DNA of 64,000 bases from Nitrospirota bacterium (GCA_963754875.1 CAVWHO010000016.1:160001-224000); one strand, 5' to 3'; positions 9,849 to 19,268 are shown, counted from the first letter of the stretch. Program-made: numbers and translations. Notes: generated by a model from the sequence alone, not told the origin.

Positions 9849-10139
9849 CTAACAACCGACTGCGGCTTTGCGTTTTTCAGCTGCAGGTTTTACCTGCTTG
9901 AGCGTATCGTTTTCCACCGAGACTTCAACCTTTTCTCCAGCTTTTATATTGCTCATGTTGGCGTGCTTATCAACCTTGAGTGTGACATCTTCTGTGCTAC
10001 CCTCAGGACAGAAAACTACAGTTCCGGCTTTTGTGTCAATACTCTTGACAGTGCCGACCTTTGATTCTGCTGCGAAAACCAGCGACGAAATAAGAGCTAC
10101 CGAAGCAATTACGGCCAAGACCCATACGAACTTCTTCAT
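9849..10139 (-). CDS. Small secreted OB-fold-like protein with Lys-rich tail ending AAVGC
   Basis: Signal peptide (VFA-AE); GTVKSID..IKAGEKVEV pattern; C-terminal Cys. Confidence 0.7.
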   Translation of the reverse strand: MKKFVWVLAVIASVALISSLVFAAESKVGTVKSIDTKAGTVVFCPEGSTEDVTLKVDKHANMSNIKAGEKVEVSVENDTLKQVKPAAEKRKAAVGC

Positions 10140-10417
10140 CCGATTGAACCTCCTCATGTGAATTTGACTGCAAAATATTATAGTTATTTTTTGATCTTTG
10201 ATTTTTTACGAGGCGCTACGTAGAAACGATGTTTTGAACGAACGCTTTCTGAACCAGTTAACATTGCAATGCCTTGGATCTCCCAAAGTGCCGTTGCATA
10301 AGCGGTCGACTTTATGCACCATATCGTAATGCACCATCGCGCTTGCCTAATATCGTCTTACCGCATCACCTCCAAGTGTGCGGTTATATTGGTCGTTTCC
10401 TCTATCCGCCACGGGTT

Positions 10418-10729
10418 TTACGGTGAATTGGAGCCCGAGGATATCCTCTGCACGATGACAAAATCGTGTGTCTTCTCAATTTTGACTTTTTCGCCTCTCT
10501 CAAGCTTAGTTCCTGGCGCAGCTTTGCACTCAATCGCAGACGCCGTCTCGCAGCTGACCGTAATTATCTGCCCATCCTGATTTTCAGCTGCGATAAAGAG
10601 GGCGGCAATTTTCCCGTTCTTCATCGCGACATCATAAATCCTGCCAACAACGACATCTGCCCCCATGGCAGGAAACGTATAGGTAGCAACAAATGCTGCG
10701 ACGATAGCCACGACAGTTTTATTTTTCAT
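10418..10729 (-). CDS. Small secreted hypothetical protein
   Basis: Signal peptide; Cys pair; L-x-x-GEKVKI OB-like motif. Confidence 0.55.
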   Translation of the reverse strand: MKNKTVVAIVAAFVATYTFPAMGADVVVGRIYDVAMKNGKIAALFIAAENQDGQIITVSCETASAIECKAAPGTKLERGEKVKIEKTHDFVIVQRISSGSNSP

Positions 10730-10843
10730 CGTAGTCGCTCTTTCCTTATTCACGCTTTCGGCTTAAGAAATAAAGAAACGGCCGGAGGAGCAGGGGAGAG
10801 AGTTGGACCTCCGGCCGGAGGAACATATTTCAGACTCGATACA

Positions 10844-11932
10844 TTAATGCCAGTTGATTTCTATTCCGCAGAGTTGAGGAGATCCGCCGTCTATGCCTAC
10901 GGTAATGCCATTTGCCTTATGACAGGATCCGCATGCTGATACCTTGCCTACGATATTGTAGTTGCTCCTGTCCATGATATGCATGAGGCTATCATCTTTG
11001 CCATTCGTTCTTGCGGAGAGAAAGGCATACTTGCCGTCTTTGGTAAAGGCGAAGTCATGAATCACCACATCGTCTGGTAGATTGATGCGCTTTACAATCT
11101 CATCCTTGGCAGTATCAATGATGATCACCTGAGGTTTCATTGTGCGAGAAGAAAGCCCCGGTCCGAATTCATTCGCAGCTGCCACCCAAAGCTCTTTTCC
11201 GTCAGGAGACATCCTCATCTGGTGGATAAACGTCATCCCGTCAGCACTTTTGATTTCCTTGATCTTCTTCTTTGTTTTCCAGTCGTATACGTAGACGACA
11301 GCCGTGGGCATGTCAGATATGTATGCCTTGGCATTATTCTTGGTCCACGCTATGCCACAGACCGCTTTGCCTACAGGCATTTTATCAACTGTTTTCAGGC
11401 TCTTCGGGTTCCATACGTATACATGCCCATCTGCCATATCTTCAAGATAGATATTGCCATCTGCCCCGAGGATGGTACCACAGAACTTATTGCCGACTTT
11501 GAAGGGCCCTTCTTTTTTTCCACTCTTTAAATTTATTTTATAGACATTGCCGGCAAGCGTGCTGGCAACTAATACGTCTTTGCTGATTAAGGCCTGGCCG
11601 TGAGAGCCGCCGGCCTTTTTTACTTGTTCGAAGTCCATACCCGCAATTTTGCCCTCCATTTCGGAGCCTGCTTCTGTAAGAACAATCCTGTCTTTTTCAG
11701 GATCGGTTGGCGCCTTCATCGTATTCATATCGATGATCGCCAAGTGGCCGCCGTGTCCCGCAATGTAGGCAGTTGCGTTGAATGTCGGTATCTTCGGCGC
11801 CAGTACTTCTTTTGCGTCAATGACAGTTTCGGTGGCCGCTTCGATTGGCGTACGGAATGTGAGCCCAATTAAAAGAACAAGAGCAACAAATGCAAAAAGA
11901 CCAATTGCGACACTCTTTTTCACAAAACTCAT
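10844..11932 (-). CDS. Secreted YncE/YVTN-like beta-propeller with C-terminal CxxCH motif
   Basis: N-terminal signal/TM; blades (GIAWTKNNAKAYIS, MSPDGKELWV, FTKDGKYAFL); CGSCH at 10919-10933. Confidence 0.75.
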   Translation of the reverse strand: MSFVKKSVAIGLFAFVALVLLIGLTFRTPIEAATETVIDAKEVLAPKIPTFNATAYIAGHGGHLAIIDMNTMKAPTDPEKDRIVLTEAGSEMEGKIAGMDFEQVKKAGGSHGQALISKDVLVASTLAGNVYKINLKSGKKEGPFKVGNKFCGTILGADGNIYLEDMADGHVYVWNPKSLKTVDKMPVGKAVCGIAWTKNNAKAYISDMPTAVVYVYDWKTKKKIKEIKSADGMTFIHQMRMSPDGKELWVAAANEFGPGLSSRTMKPQVIIIDTAKDEIVKRINLPDDVVIHDFAFTKDGKYAFLSARTNGKDDSLMHIMDRSNYNIVGKVSACGSCHKANGITVGIDGGSPQLCGIEINWH

Positions 11933-12020
11933 AACAACCTCCTCATTGCGCATAATTTAGAAAATACATTCCTATTTGCAAATTGAATTGTATGACCTTA
12001 CAACTGCTCTCGTGCTGATA

Positions 12021-12341
12021 TTATTCGCCGGCAACTAGAGTGCACTGCTTGGTGAAAATGCCCAGGATGCTCAGGTTATCCCGGTTGACACTGAAGATTT
12101 GTTTTATTCCTCCGTTCTTCATTGCAGCCTCAATGCTGGCATCACCGATTGATATAAAACCAAAAAAGGCCGTTACACAAGCGTCTCCCTTTTTTGCCCC
12201 TGTCTTAGCCGGACCTGTTGATACTGCTGTTTTGGTAGCGGTATATCCCCAGCCAAAAGGCCCGTCAGCGACAAAACCGCACCCCGTTGTACCGAACGCA
12301 ACAGCTGCGACCACTGCCGCCAATACTGCGAACTTTTTCAT
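12021..12341 (-). CDS. TRL-like family lipoprotein
   Basis: Lipobox TTGC; mature part near-identical to 6196-6516 (CGFVADGPFGWGYTA...). Confidence 0.8.
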   Translation of the reverse strand: MKKFAVLAAVVAAVAFGTTGCGFVADGPFGWGYTATKTAVSTGPAKTGAKKGDACVTAFFGFISIGDASIEAAMKNGGIKQIFSVNRDNLSILGIFTKQCTLVAGE

Positions 12342-12439
12342 TCTGCCTCCCCCGTGTTTGAATTTTCAATGCGTGTTGTATGATATCCTAGGTAGTTTAA
12401 GCTTGGTGACAACTATATACCGATCAATACAGCGTAGTC

Positions 12440-12455
12440 TGTATCTTTTGATACA
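12440..12455 (-). promoter_or_regulatory. Perfect GTA-N8-TAC box upstream of the TRL/beta-propeller genes
   Basis: TGTATC-TTTT-GATACA; minus-strand TATAGT (12412-12417) 23 nt downstream. Confidence 0.7.
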
Positions 12456-12680
12456 GGAACGGCAAAAAAATGATATTTTTAAAAGGGAAAGTTTAGGAAT
12501 AGAGTTCGTCATCTCACTTTGTCAAAAATGCGATTCCTGGTATCTCCAAGTCTTGTATAATGACTTCCAGGGTCGGAGCGTAGGCATCCAACCTTCAAAG
12601 CACTTCAAATGGAATTACAAATGGATTTTACACTGGTTTCTGCGTTGTTCACCAATCAGCCTATCTGATAGCTGACATAT

Positions 12681-13112
12681 TTATCGATCACACACAAATG
12701 GTCCTTTTCGTTCCTTCGATGTAAAGTTATCAATGTAGGGCGACAAATACGTGTCTATAATCGTACGCCTGCTTACAACGCCCATGTATCGATTATTATT
12801 CATGATTGGAATCACCATATAGTTTTCGAGAAGCATCGTACGGATTAGATCATTGATGGAGGCAGTTATGTCTGCAGTTTTAGGATTTGTGGTCATAATC
12901 TGCTCAGCATTAATTTCATCAAAATCAATGCCGTTTTGCATGGCTTCAAGAACATGAGCTTCCGTGATAACTCCCACAACCTCCATCTTGTCATTAACGA
13001 CAGGAAGACCGGATTGCCCAGATGAGATAATCTTATTCGCCACTTCCCTCATCGTCATAAACCATCTAACGTATATCTTTTCACGCATGATATGCCTTGC
13101 ACAAAGTTCCAT
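12681..13112 (-). CDS. CBS-domain pair protein
   Basis: SGLPVVND..VVGVITE, IMTTNP, IPIMNN..GVVSR motifs. Confidence 0.85.
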   Translation of the reverse strand: MELCARHIMREKIYVRWFMTMREVANKIISSGQSGLPVVNDKMEVVGVITEAHVLEAMQNGIDFDEINAEQIMTTNPKTADITASINDLIRTMLLENYMVIPIMNNNRYMGVVSRRTIIDTYLSPYIDNFTSKERKGPFVCDR

Positions 13113-13154
13113 GATATTATCCTCCGGGAGGCCGTGTTGCGATTTTACGATTTA

Positions 13155-13835
13155 TTAGGAATAACTTGCAGATAGCCGCACGTGATCAGCCACGTGATCA
13201 GTCATATTATCGATCACTCTAATACGCTCACCAGCCGTTTCAATTAATCCGTCTTTTCTCAATTTGGCAATGCACCTTGACACTGATACCCGAGTCGATC
13301 CTGTTAAGTCCGCTATCTCCTGGTGGGTCAGGGGAATTTTGACAATACTCTTTACCGCATATTTTAACAGTAGTGCAACGACTCTCGCTGCGACGTCCAT
13401 GAACGCCATGTCTTCAAGAAGGTTTTCCATGGCAAGCCGCCTGTCTCCGATATGTTTGATCAACTTAAGGGCAAAATCAGGCTTTTTATGCATAAATTCC
13501 TTGAGATCATTTTTCCCAAGTTCGCAGAAAGAAGAATCCACCATAGCTTCTGCAAATGAACGGCGTTCTTTTTCGCCAGCCAGGCATAATTCTCCGAAAA
13601 ATTGTCCGGGCTCAATCAGGTCAATGGTGAGCTTTCTTCCGTCCGTATTGACCCGGGAAATTTTGATTATTCCCTCATGTAGAATGAAAATGGAGGACGC
13701 AGGATCACCTTGCATGAATACAGCATCACCTTTGGCAATCCTTGATCGTCGGGATGTCTTTGCCAAGACATCAATTTCATGCCCTGATACATCGGAAAAA
13801 AGTGCGGATCTCGAGTAACATTGATGTTGATCCAT
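13155..13835 (-). CDS. CRP/FNR-family transcriptional regulator (NtcA-like HTH), paralog 2
   Basis: Long stretches identical in protein to 8558-9232; HTH LTHQEIADLTGSTRVSVSR. Confidence 0.92.
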   Translation of the reverse strand: MDQHQCYSRSALFSDVSGHEIDVLAKTSRRSRIAKGDAVFMQGDPASSIFILHEGIIKISRVNTDGRKLTIDLIEPGQFFGELCLAGEKERRSFAEAMVDSSFCELGKNDLKEFMHKKPDFALKLIKHIGDRRLAMENLLEDMAFMDVAARVVALLLKYAVKSIVKIPLTHQEIADLTGSTRVSVSRCIAKLRKDGLIETAGERIRVIDNMTDHVADHVRLSASYS

Positions 13836-14004
13836 GGCCGTCTTCCTCCTTCTTCGTAATATAACGACAAATCATGCTACCAGAAGCATAAGCGTCTGAC
13901 GGGAGATACCATTGCCAGAAGCCTCTCCTTTTGATAGATGAAAATTCGAGGAAACGTTCCAAAGACTATTGAAGGTTTCTAAACTCAATAACTAATAATG
14001 TATT

Positions 14005-14020
14005 ATCAAGAATCATGCCA
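14005..14020 (-). promoter_or_regulatory. Putative sigma54 (-24/-12) promoter for CRP paralog 2
   Basis: Minus strand TGGCATGATTCTTGAT (GG-N10-GA variant of TGGCAC-N5-TTGC); palindrome TGCAA-N5-TTGCA at 14113-14127 upstream. Confidence 0.55.
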
Positions 14021-14453
14021 TATAGAGTTCTTGTTGAAAAACAGTATGTTATGCTGATGGATACTTAATATGACGGGGAATTAAGAGAAACCTGGAAGGT
14101 ATTTCAGCACATTGCAACATATTTGCAGCATTTCACACGAATTTGCATCAAGCACTACGGCAAATCGCCCAGCTTATGCAAAGGAATAGAAACCACTTTG
14201 CCGTAGTATTTTAATAAAGAACTCCGTTTTACAATTAGGACTGCGTTCCATATGAGTATTCTGCTCCAATTCAGGCAGCCATTCCACTGCAATTCAGGCA
14301 CCTGTTCTGCTCCAATTCAGGCACCCATTCCACTGCAATTCGGGCCGGTGTTCCGCTCCAATTCAGGCACCCTCTAACGCATTAAACGACGCTGGGTAAA
14401 TTCTACAAATTCGTATATCCTGCTCCTTAAAATTCGCTTCTAAGGAGAGCTGG

Positions 14454-15995
14454 ATGACGAGAGAAAGAATACCCGTGCGAACAATTAAAGAAGTTTTACG
14501 CCTCAAATGGTCCTGCGGCCTAGACCGCCGCGCTATATCCAAAAGCTGTGGAATAGCCAGAAGCACCGTTGACGAGTATACGAAACGAGCCAGACAGGCC
14601 GGGCTATCATGGCCCCTGCCGGCAGACCTGGACGATACCGCCCTCGAGCATCTTCTCTACCCGCCGGTCATTGTCTCCACATCTCCACGTCCGCTCCCTG
14701 TATGGGAGGATGTTCACCGCGAGCTTGCGCGTAAAAGTGTTACCCTGATGCTCCTGTGGGACGAGTACAAAGCGCAATATCCTGAAGGATATCAGTACGC
14801 ACATTTTTGTGACCTCTATCGCGCCTATGCAAAAAAGCTCGATATCTCCATGCGACAGGTTCATCTTGCAGGAGAAAAGCTGTTTGTTGATTACTGTGGC
14901 CAAACAGTCTCGGTAATCGACAAATCCACCGGAGAGGTACACAACTGTCAGATCTTCGTCGCCGTCCTAGGCGCCAGCAACTTTACATATGCCGAAGCAA
15001 CGTTTACGCAGGGTCTGCCAGACTGGATCGGTTCCCATGTCCGGACCCTTAAGTTCATCGACGGTGTGCCCGAGATCCTGATCCCTGATAATCTTCTCTC
15101 CGGCATCACCAAGGTCTGTCGCTATGAGCCAGGCGTCAATCGCACCTATCAAGAGCTTGCAGTTCATTACGGTGCTGCGGTCATTCCTGCCCGCGTCAGG
15201 AAGCCTAAAGACAAAGCGAAAGTTGAAGCCGGAGTCCTTCTGGTGCAGCGTTGGATCCTGGCAGCCCTCAGGAACCGTACCTTCTTCAGCCTCGCAGAAC
15301 TCAATGCCGCTATCCGGGAACTGCTGGATAGACTCAATAACCGGCCCTTCAAGAAGCTCTCCGGCAGCCGTATGAGCCGTTTTCTGGAGATCGATAAGCC
15401 TGCATTACAACCGCTGCCTGCTGTGGCCTTCGAGTACGCAGAATGGAAGATAAAAAAACGTTCCGGCATCGATTACCACGTCGAAGTCAATGACCACTAT
15501 TACAGCGTACCCTACCAACTCCGCAATGAATACCTGGACGTACGGCTAACGGAATCGATTGTAGAAGTCTTCTTTCACAACAAACGCATCGCCTCACATA
15601 TCCGGTCCTATGCCAAGGGAAGACATACGACACTTGCCGAGCACATGCCGAAGTCCCATCGGGACTATGCTGACTGGACCCCAGAGCGCCTGATACGCTG
15701 GGCATCGGAAACCGGCAAATCAACGGCAGAGCTGGTTACGGCCATTCTCGCAAAGAAGCTTCACCCACAACAAGGCTTTCGTTCCTGTATGGGGATCATC
15801 ACTCTTTCCAAGAAGTTTGGCAAAGAACGCGTCGAGGCTGCCTGCAAGCGAGCACTCGCCATCGGGGGCATCAGTTTCGGAAGCGTCAAGTCCATCCTTG
15901 AAACAAATTTAGACAAAAAACCGTTACCAGAGCCAAAAGCCGCATCACAGGCGATCACTCACAGCAACATCCGTGGCAGCGAATACTATAACTAA
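14454..15995 (+). CDS. istA: IS21 transposase IstA
   Basis: N-terminal HTH, GEKLFVDY, PDNL, PKDKAKVE DDE core. Confidence 0.95.
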   Translation: MTRERIPVRTIKEVLRLKWSCGLDRRAISKSCGIARSTVDEYTKRARQAGLSWPLPADLDDTALEHLLYPPVIVSTSPRPLPVWEDVHRELARKSVTLMLLWDEYKAQYPEGYQYAHFCDLYRAYAKKLDISMRQVHLAGEKLFVDYCGQTVSVIDKSTGEVHNCQIFVAVLGASNFTYAEATFTQGLPDWIGSHVRTLKFIDGVPEILIPDNLLSGITKVCRYEPGVNRTYQELAVHYGAAVIPARVRKPKDKAKVEAGVLLVQRWILAALRNRTFFSLAELNAAIRELLDRLNNRPFKKLSGSRMSRFLEIDKPALQPLPAVAFEYAEWKIKKRSGIDYHVEVNDHYYSVPYQLRNEYLDVRLTESIVEVFFHNKRIASHIRSYAKGRHTTLAEHMPKSHRDYADWTPERLIRWASETGKSTAELVTAILAKKLHPQQGFRSCMGIITLSKKFGKERVEAACKRALAIGGISFGSVKSILETNLDKKPLPEPKAASQAITHSNIRGSEYYN

Positions 15996-16013
15996 CTGCA
16001 AAAGGAGACTATT

Positions 16014-16754
16014 ATGTTAGCGCATCCCACACTCGACAAGATCGAACAACTCCGTCTTTTTGGCATGGCAAAAGCCCTGCGTGAACAACTGCAGAATCAA
16101 AAAGCGACTTCACTAAGCTTTGAGGAGCGGCTTGGGCTCCTTATTGACCGAGAACTGACAGAACGAGAGAACAGACGGCTTGTTACGCGCTTACGGGTTG
16201 CAAAACTACGAATCTCTGCCTCTGTCGAAGACATCGACTTCCGTCAGCCCCGAGGGCTGGACAAATCGCTCATTCTGTCGCTTGCGTCGAACCAGTGGAT
16301 TATCGAGCATCACAATCTGCTTATCATCGGCCCGACCGGCGTGGGAAAGAGCTATCTTGCCTGCGCCCTGTCCCACAAAGCCTGCCGTGATGGTCATGCC
16401 GTCGTGTATCAGAGGCTGCCGAGGCTTCTTGAAGATCTGGCCCTATCGCATCACGACGGACGGTATCGGAAACTGATGAAGTCACTTCTCAAGGCAGACC
16501 TGCTTGTCCTCGACGACTTCGGACTTGCTCCGCTCACGACGGAACAGCAAAGAGATCTTCTGGAAATCATCGAGGACCGTTATGATCGCCGGTCGACCCT
16601 CATAACTACCCAAATGCCGGTTAAGCACTGGCATGATATCCTGGCCGACCCGACCTTGGCTGACGCTATCATGGACCGTCTGGTGCATAACGCCTACAAA
16701 ATAGACCTGAAAGGAGAATCAATGAGAAAGAGCAAATCAAAGATCAATCGTTGA
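16014..16754 (+). CDS. istB: IS21 helper ATPase IstB
   Basis: GPTGVGKS, LLVLDDFG, ADAIMDRLVHNA, GESMRK motifs. Confidence 0.95.
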   Translation: MLAHPTLDKIEQLRLFGMAKALREQLQNQKATSLSFEERLGLLIDRELTERENRRLVTRLRVAKLRISASVEDIDFRQPRGLDKSLILSLASNQWIIEHHNLLIIGPTGVGKSYLACALSHKACRDGHAVVYQRLPRLLEDLALSHHDGRYRKLMKSLLKADLLVLDDFGLAPLTTEQQRDLLEIIEDRYDRRSTLITTQMPVKHWHDILADPTLADAIMDRLVHNAYKIDLKGESMRKSKSKINR

Positions 16755-17181
16755 CAAGTCAAAATCCCTATGAGATAGTAGCTTTAACCCAGCAATCGGT
16801 TATCCCGTTGGAGAGTGCCCGAATTGAATCGGAATGCGTGCCCGAAACGAAACCGAATGCCTGCCTGAATTCACCAGAATACACATTCCATAGTCGGTTC
16901 TCAAAAAAGGCACGGCTAGGTGCACTCAAAGCTCATCACACACAGTCTGGAGCAAAATACTAACAAGAAAGTTTGGGTATCAAAACGATGAAGACAAATA
17001 TCAACGGATAGTTGGGCGGGACAGACCAAATCATCAGGAAACTCTGTGAGCACTGAGGAGTGGGCATGGTAGAAGTGAAAAATATTTCGACCAGAGCAGC
17101 TTATCTGTGCTTTTCCACCCCACTCAAGTATAGGATGGGGATGTCCTTTTGTGGCGTCGGCGCTAGCCAGTGGTCATAACT

Positions 17182-18513
17182 TCAAGTTAGTTTGCGATGC
17201 AGTGTAGTTCTGTCAATACCGAGGGTTCGCGCTGCCATGGCCTTGTTGCCACCACATTCCTTCAGGACTCGGCGGCATTCTTCGACAGTGATCTTCTTAT
17301 ATAATTTTTTGGTTACTTTTGGTGCGGTTTTTTTGAACTCACTTACGGACATCTCATGCGGATTCAATTCTCGTTGTTTTTGCTTCCACATTTCCTTTAT
17401 GTCAAATGGCATACTATCGATAGTTATATAATCATCTTTCGTGCAAACGAGCGCATGCTCTAAGGCGTTCTCCAGTTCCCTGATATTACCCGGCCAATCA
17501 TATGCAATAAAGGCGTTCATAGCCTTTGACGAAACGGCGCGTATAGCCTTATAACCCTTTTTTTTGAACTCACCAAGAAAATGGTTGATCAGGCCCGGAA
17601 TATCTTCCTTCCTCTCTCTCAAAGGCGGCAGATATATCGGAACGACATTAAGACGGTAAAACAGATCTTCTCTGAAAGTGCCGTTTTTAATTGCTTCTTT
17701 AAGGTTCCTGTTTGTTGCGGCTAGTATTCTAACATCAACGGTAATAGTTTTATTGCTGCCAAGCCGCTCAAAACTCCGGGATTGAAGCACTCTTAGAAGC
17801 TTGACCTGCAGATGCGTGCTCAGCTCTCCAATTTCATCCAGAAAAACAGTTCCTCCGTCAGCTATCTCGAAACGGCCGGGCTTATCCATAAATGCACCCG
17901 AATATGCGCCCTTCACATGCCCGAAAAGTTCTCCTTCGAGGAGTGTTTCAGGAAAGGCCGCACAGTTAAGCTTCACAAAAGGAAAGCCCTTTCTCACGCT
18001 CTTTTGGTGAATGAGGTGTGCAACCAACTCCTTACCTGTCCCCGACTCACCCTGAATCAATGCGGTGACATTGCTCGACGCGACACTTAGGCAGAGGTCG
18101 ATGACCTCTAGCATCTTGCTGTTTTTCGTAACCATCGAGACCTCACTTTTTTGCATCCGTAATGCGTCTTCGAGGTCTTTGATCATACTTATGTCCCTGA
18201 ATAGGAATGCCTTCCATATGCATCCAGATATATCGCGTAGAGGTACATAGGTAAATGTTATATAGATGGACTTGTCTTCGTCACCGGGAAGTTTGAGGCT
18301 TGTAAGAGTTTCATCAATAAGAGTAACTTCGGTGCTTTTGATGAAAAAATTGTCGATATGACCGCCTATCATTTTCACAGCATCTTTGCCCAATATCTCC
18401 ATTCCGGGCGAGCTTATCCACCTGATGATATCAGCCACATCCGCGAGTATTATCCCCTCATCGAGGTGGTTGAATATCCTGTAAAGGTCAACTTTGTCTT
18501 TTGGAAAATCCAT
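17182..18513 (-). CDS. Sigma54-dependent transcriptional activator (PAS-AAA+-HTH)
   Basis: GESGTGKE, GAYSGA (GAFTGA variant), FLDEIGE, FREDLFYRLNV, WPGNIRELEN, Fis-type HTH. Confidence 0.93.
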   Translation of the reverse strand: MDFPKDKVDLYRIFNHLDEGIILADVADIIRWISSPGMEILGKDAVKMIGGHIDNFFIKSTEVTLIDETLTSLKLPGDEDKSIYITFTYVPLRDISGCIWKAFLFRDISMIKDLEDALRMQKSEVSMVTKNSKMLEVIDLCLSVASSNVTALIQGESGTGKELVAHLIHQKSVRKGFPFVKLNCAAFPETLLEGELFGHVKGAYSGAFMDKPGRFEIADGGTVFLDEIGELSTHLQVKLLRVLQSRSFERLGSNKTITVDVRILAATNRNLKEAIKNGTFREDLFYRLNVVPIYLPPLRERKEDIPGLINHFLGEFKKKGYKAIRAVSSKAMNAFIAYDWPGNIRELENALEHALVCTKDDYITIDSMPFDIKEMWKQKQRELNPHEMSVSEFKKTAPKVTKKLYKKITVEECRRVLKECGGNKAMAARTLGIDRTTLHRKLT

Positions 18514-19252
18514 AGTCTAATGTCAACTCTTCACGTGGAGGCTGCCTTTATCGATGACACTTGATTTAGCTCTGCAATGCTTTCTGTATAATTGCGAGAG
18601 GTGTCTGCCTTCTTAACTTGCTCTAAGTAAAATATATTAGTGGCGACATAGTTCAGTTGTTTATCTTTGCTATTATAACTCAGCCTTAACCCTTTGAGGA
18701 AGTTTTTATTGGGGTCTATTTTAATTGGATAATTGTTTCGTAGTTCGTGCTGCTAAGTTCTTAGAAGCAGTTCCGGTATTTTTTCTCGATGTCTTCCTGT
18801 ATCTATCCGCAGCAAAGGGCATCGACCTTGAGCCAACAAAACCAGTTCGCGTCACGGAAGGGGGGGCAACTCGCCTGTTATTATGATTTCACAATACTAT
18901 TTCCTGTCCAGCACAGCCCTGATTTATTTCGACAGTTCTTTCGGAAAAACGGGCTTTTGCAGGAGTGACAAGCCGTTATCCATACGTCGTTGCGGCAATC
19001 GTCCAGCAAAGCTCATCTATTTTTTAACACTGCGCGACATTTCTTTGCTATTTTCCTATCGCGCTTCCTAAACTCGTAGCACCAAATAATGCTCATGTTC
19101 TACCTTTTATTACAGCGCTGTTTTTTGTAGCCCACAAATAATTCCTTTACGGAAGCAGAATCCTATATCTTTTCAGCCTAAGCTTTCGTGCCAATCCCAT
19201 TATTATTATTTCTGCCATGAACCGACTATAAGCTATGTAATATAATGGAGTC

Positions 19253-19268
19253 TGTATCATGTGATACA
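19253..19268 (-). promoter_or_regulatory. Perfect GTA-N8-TAC box at the island edge
   Basis: TGTATC-ATGT-GATACA; minus-strand TATAGT (19225-19230) 23 nt downstream. Confidence 0.6.

Larger units (their letters stand above)
14253..16885 (+). mobile_element. IS21-family insertion sequence, complete
   Basis: TG...CA ends with inverted repeats TGAGTATTCTG / TGTGTATTCTG; ~23-bp subterminal repeats (5 left, 3 right); 7-bp target duplication TTCCATA at 14246-14252 and 16886-16892. Confidence 0.95.

Noticed and set aside
645..12341. Magnetosome-island interpretation of the small membrane-protein cluster
   Set aside because: No recognisable mam genes (MamK actin, MamB/M CDF transporters, MamE protease); the single TPR protein is insufficient.
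13179..13203. 12-bp duplication (DHVADHV) at the end of CRP paralog 2
   Set aside because: Small in-frame slippage outside the HTH; no evident significance.
14257..14372. Tandem ~23-bp repeats resembling a mini-CRISPR
   Set aside because: No unique spacers or cas genes; they are IS21 subterminal repeats mirrored at the right end.
16909..16925. GGCACG...TGCA sigma54-like site
   Set aside because: GG-to-GC spacing is 11 rather than 10, and no gene follows on that strand.
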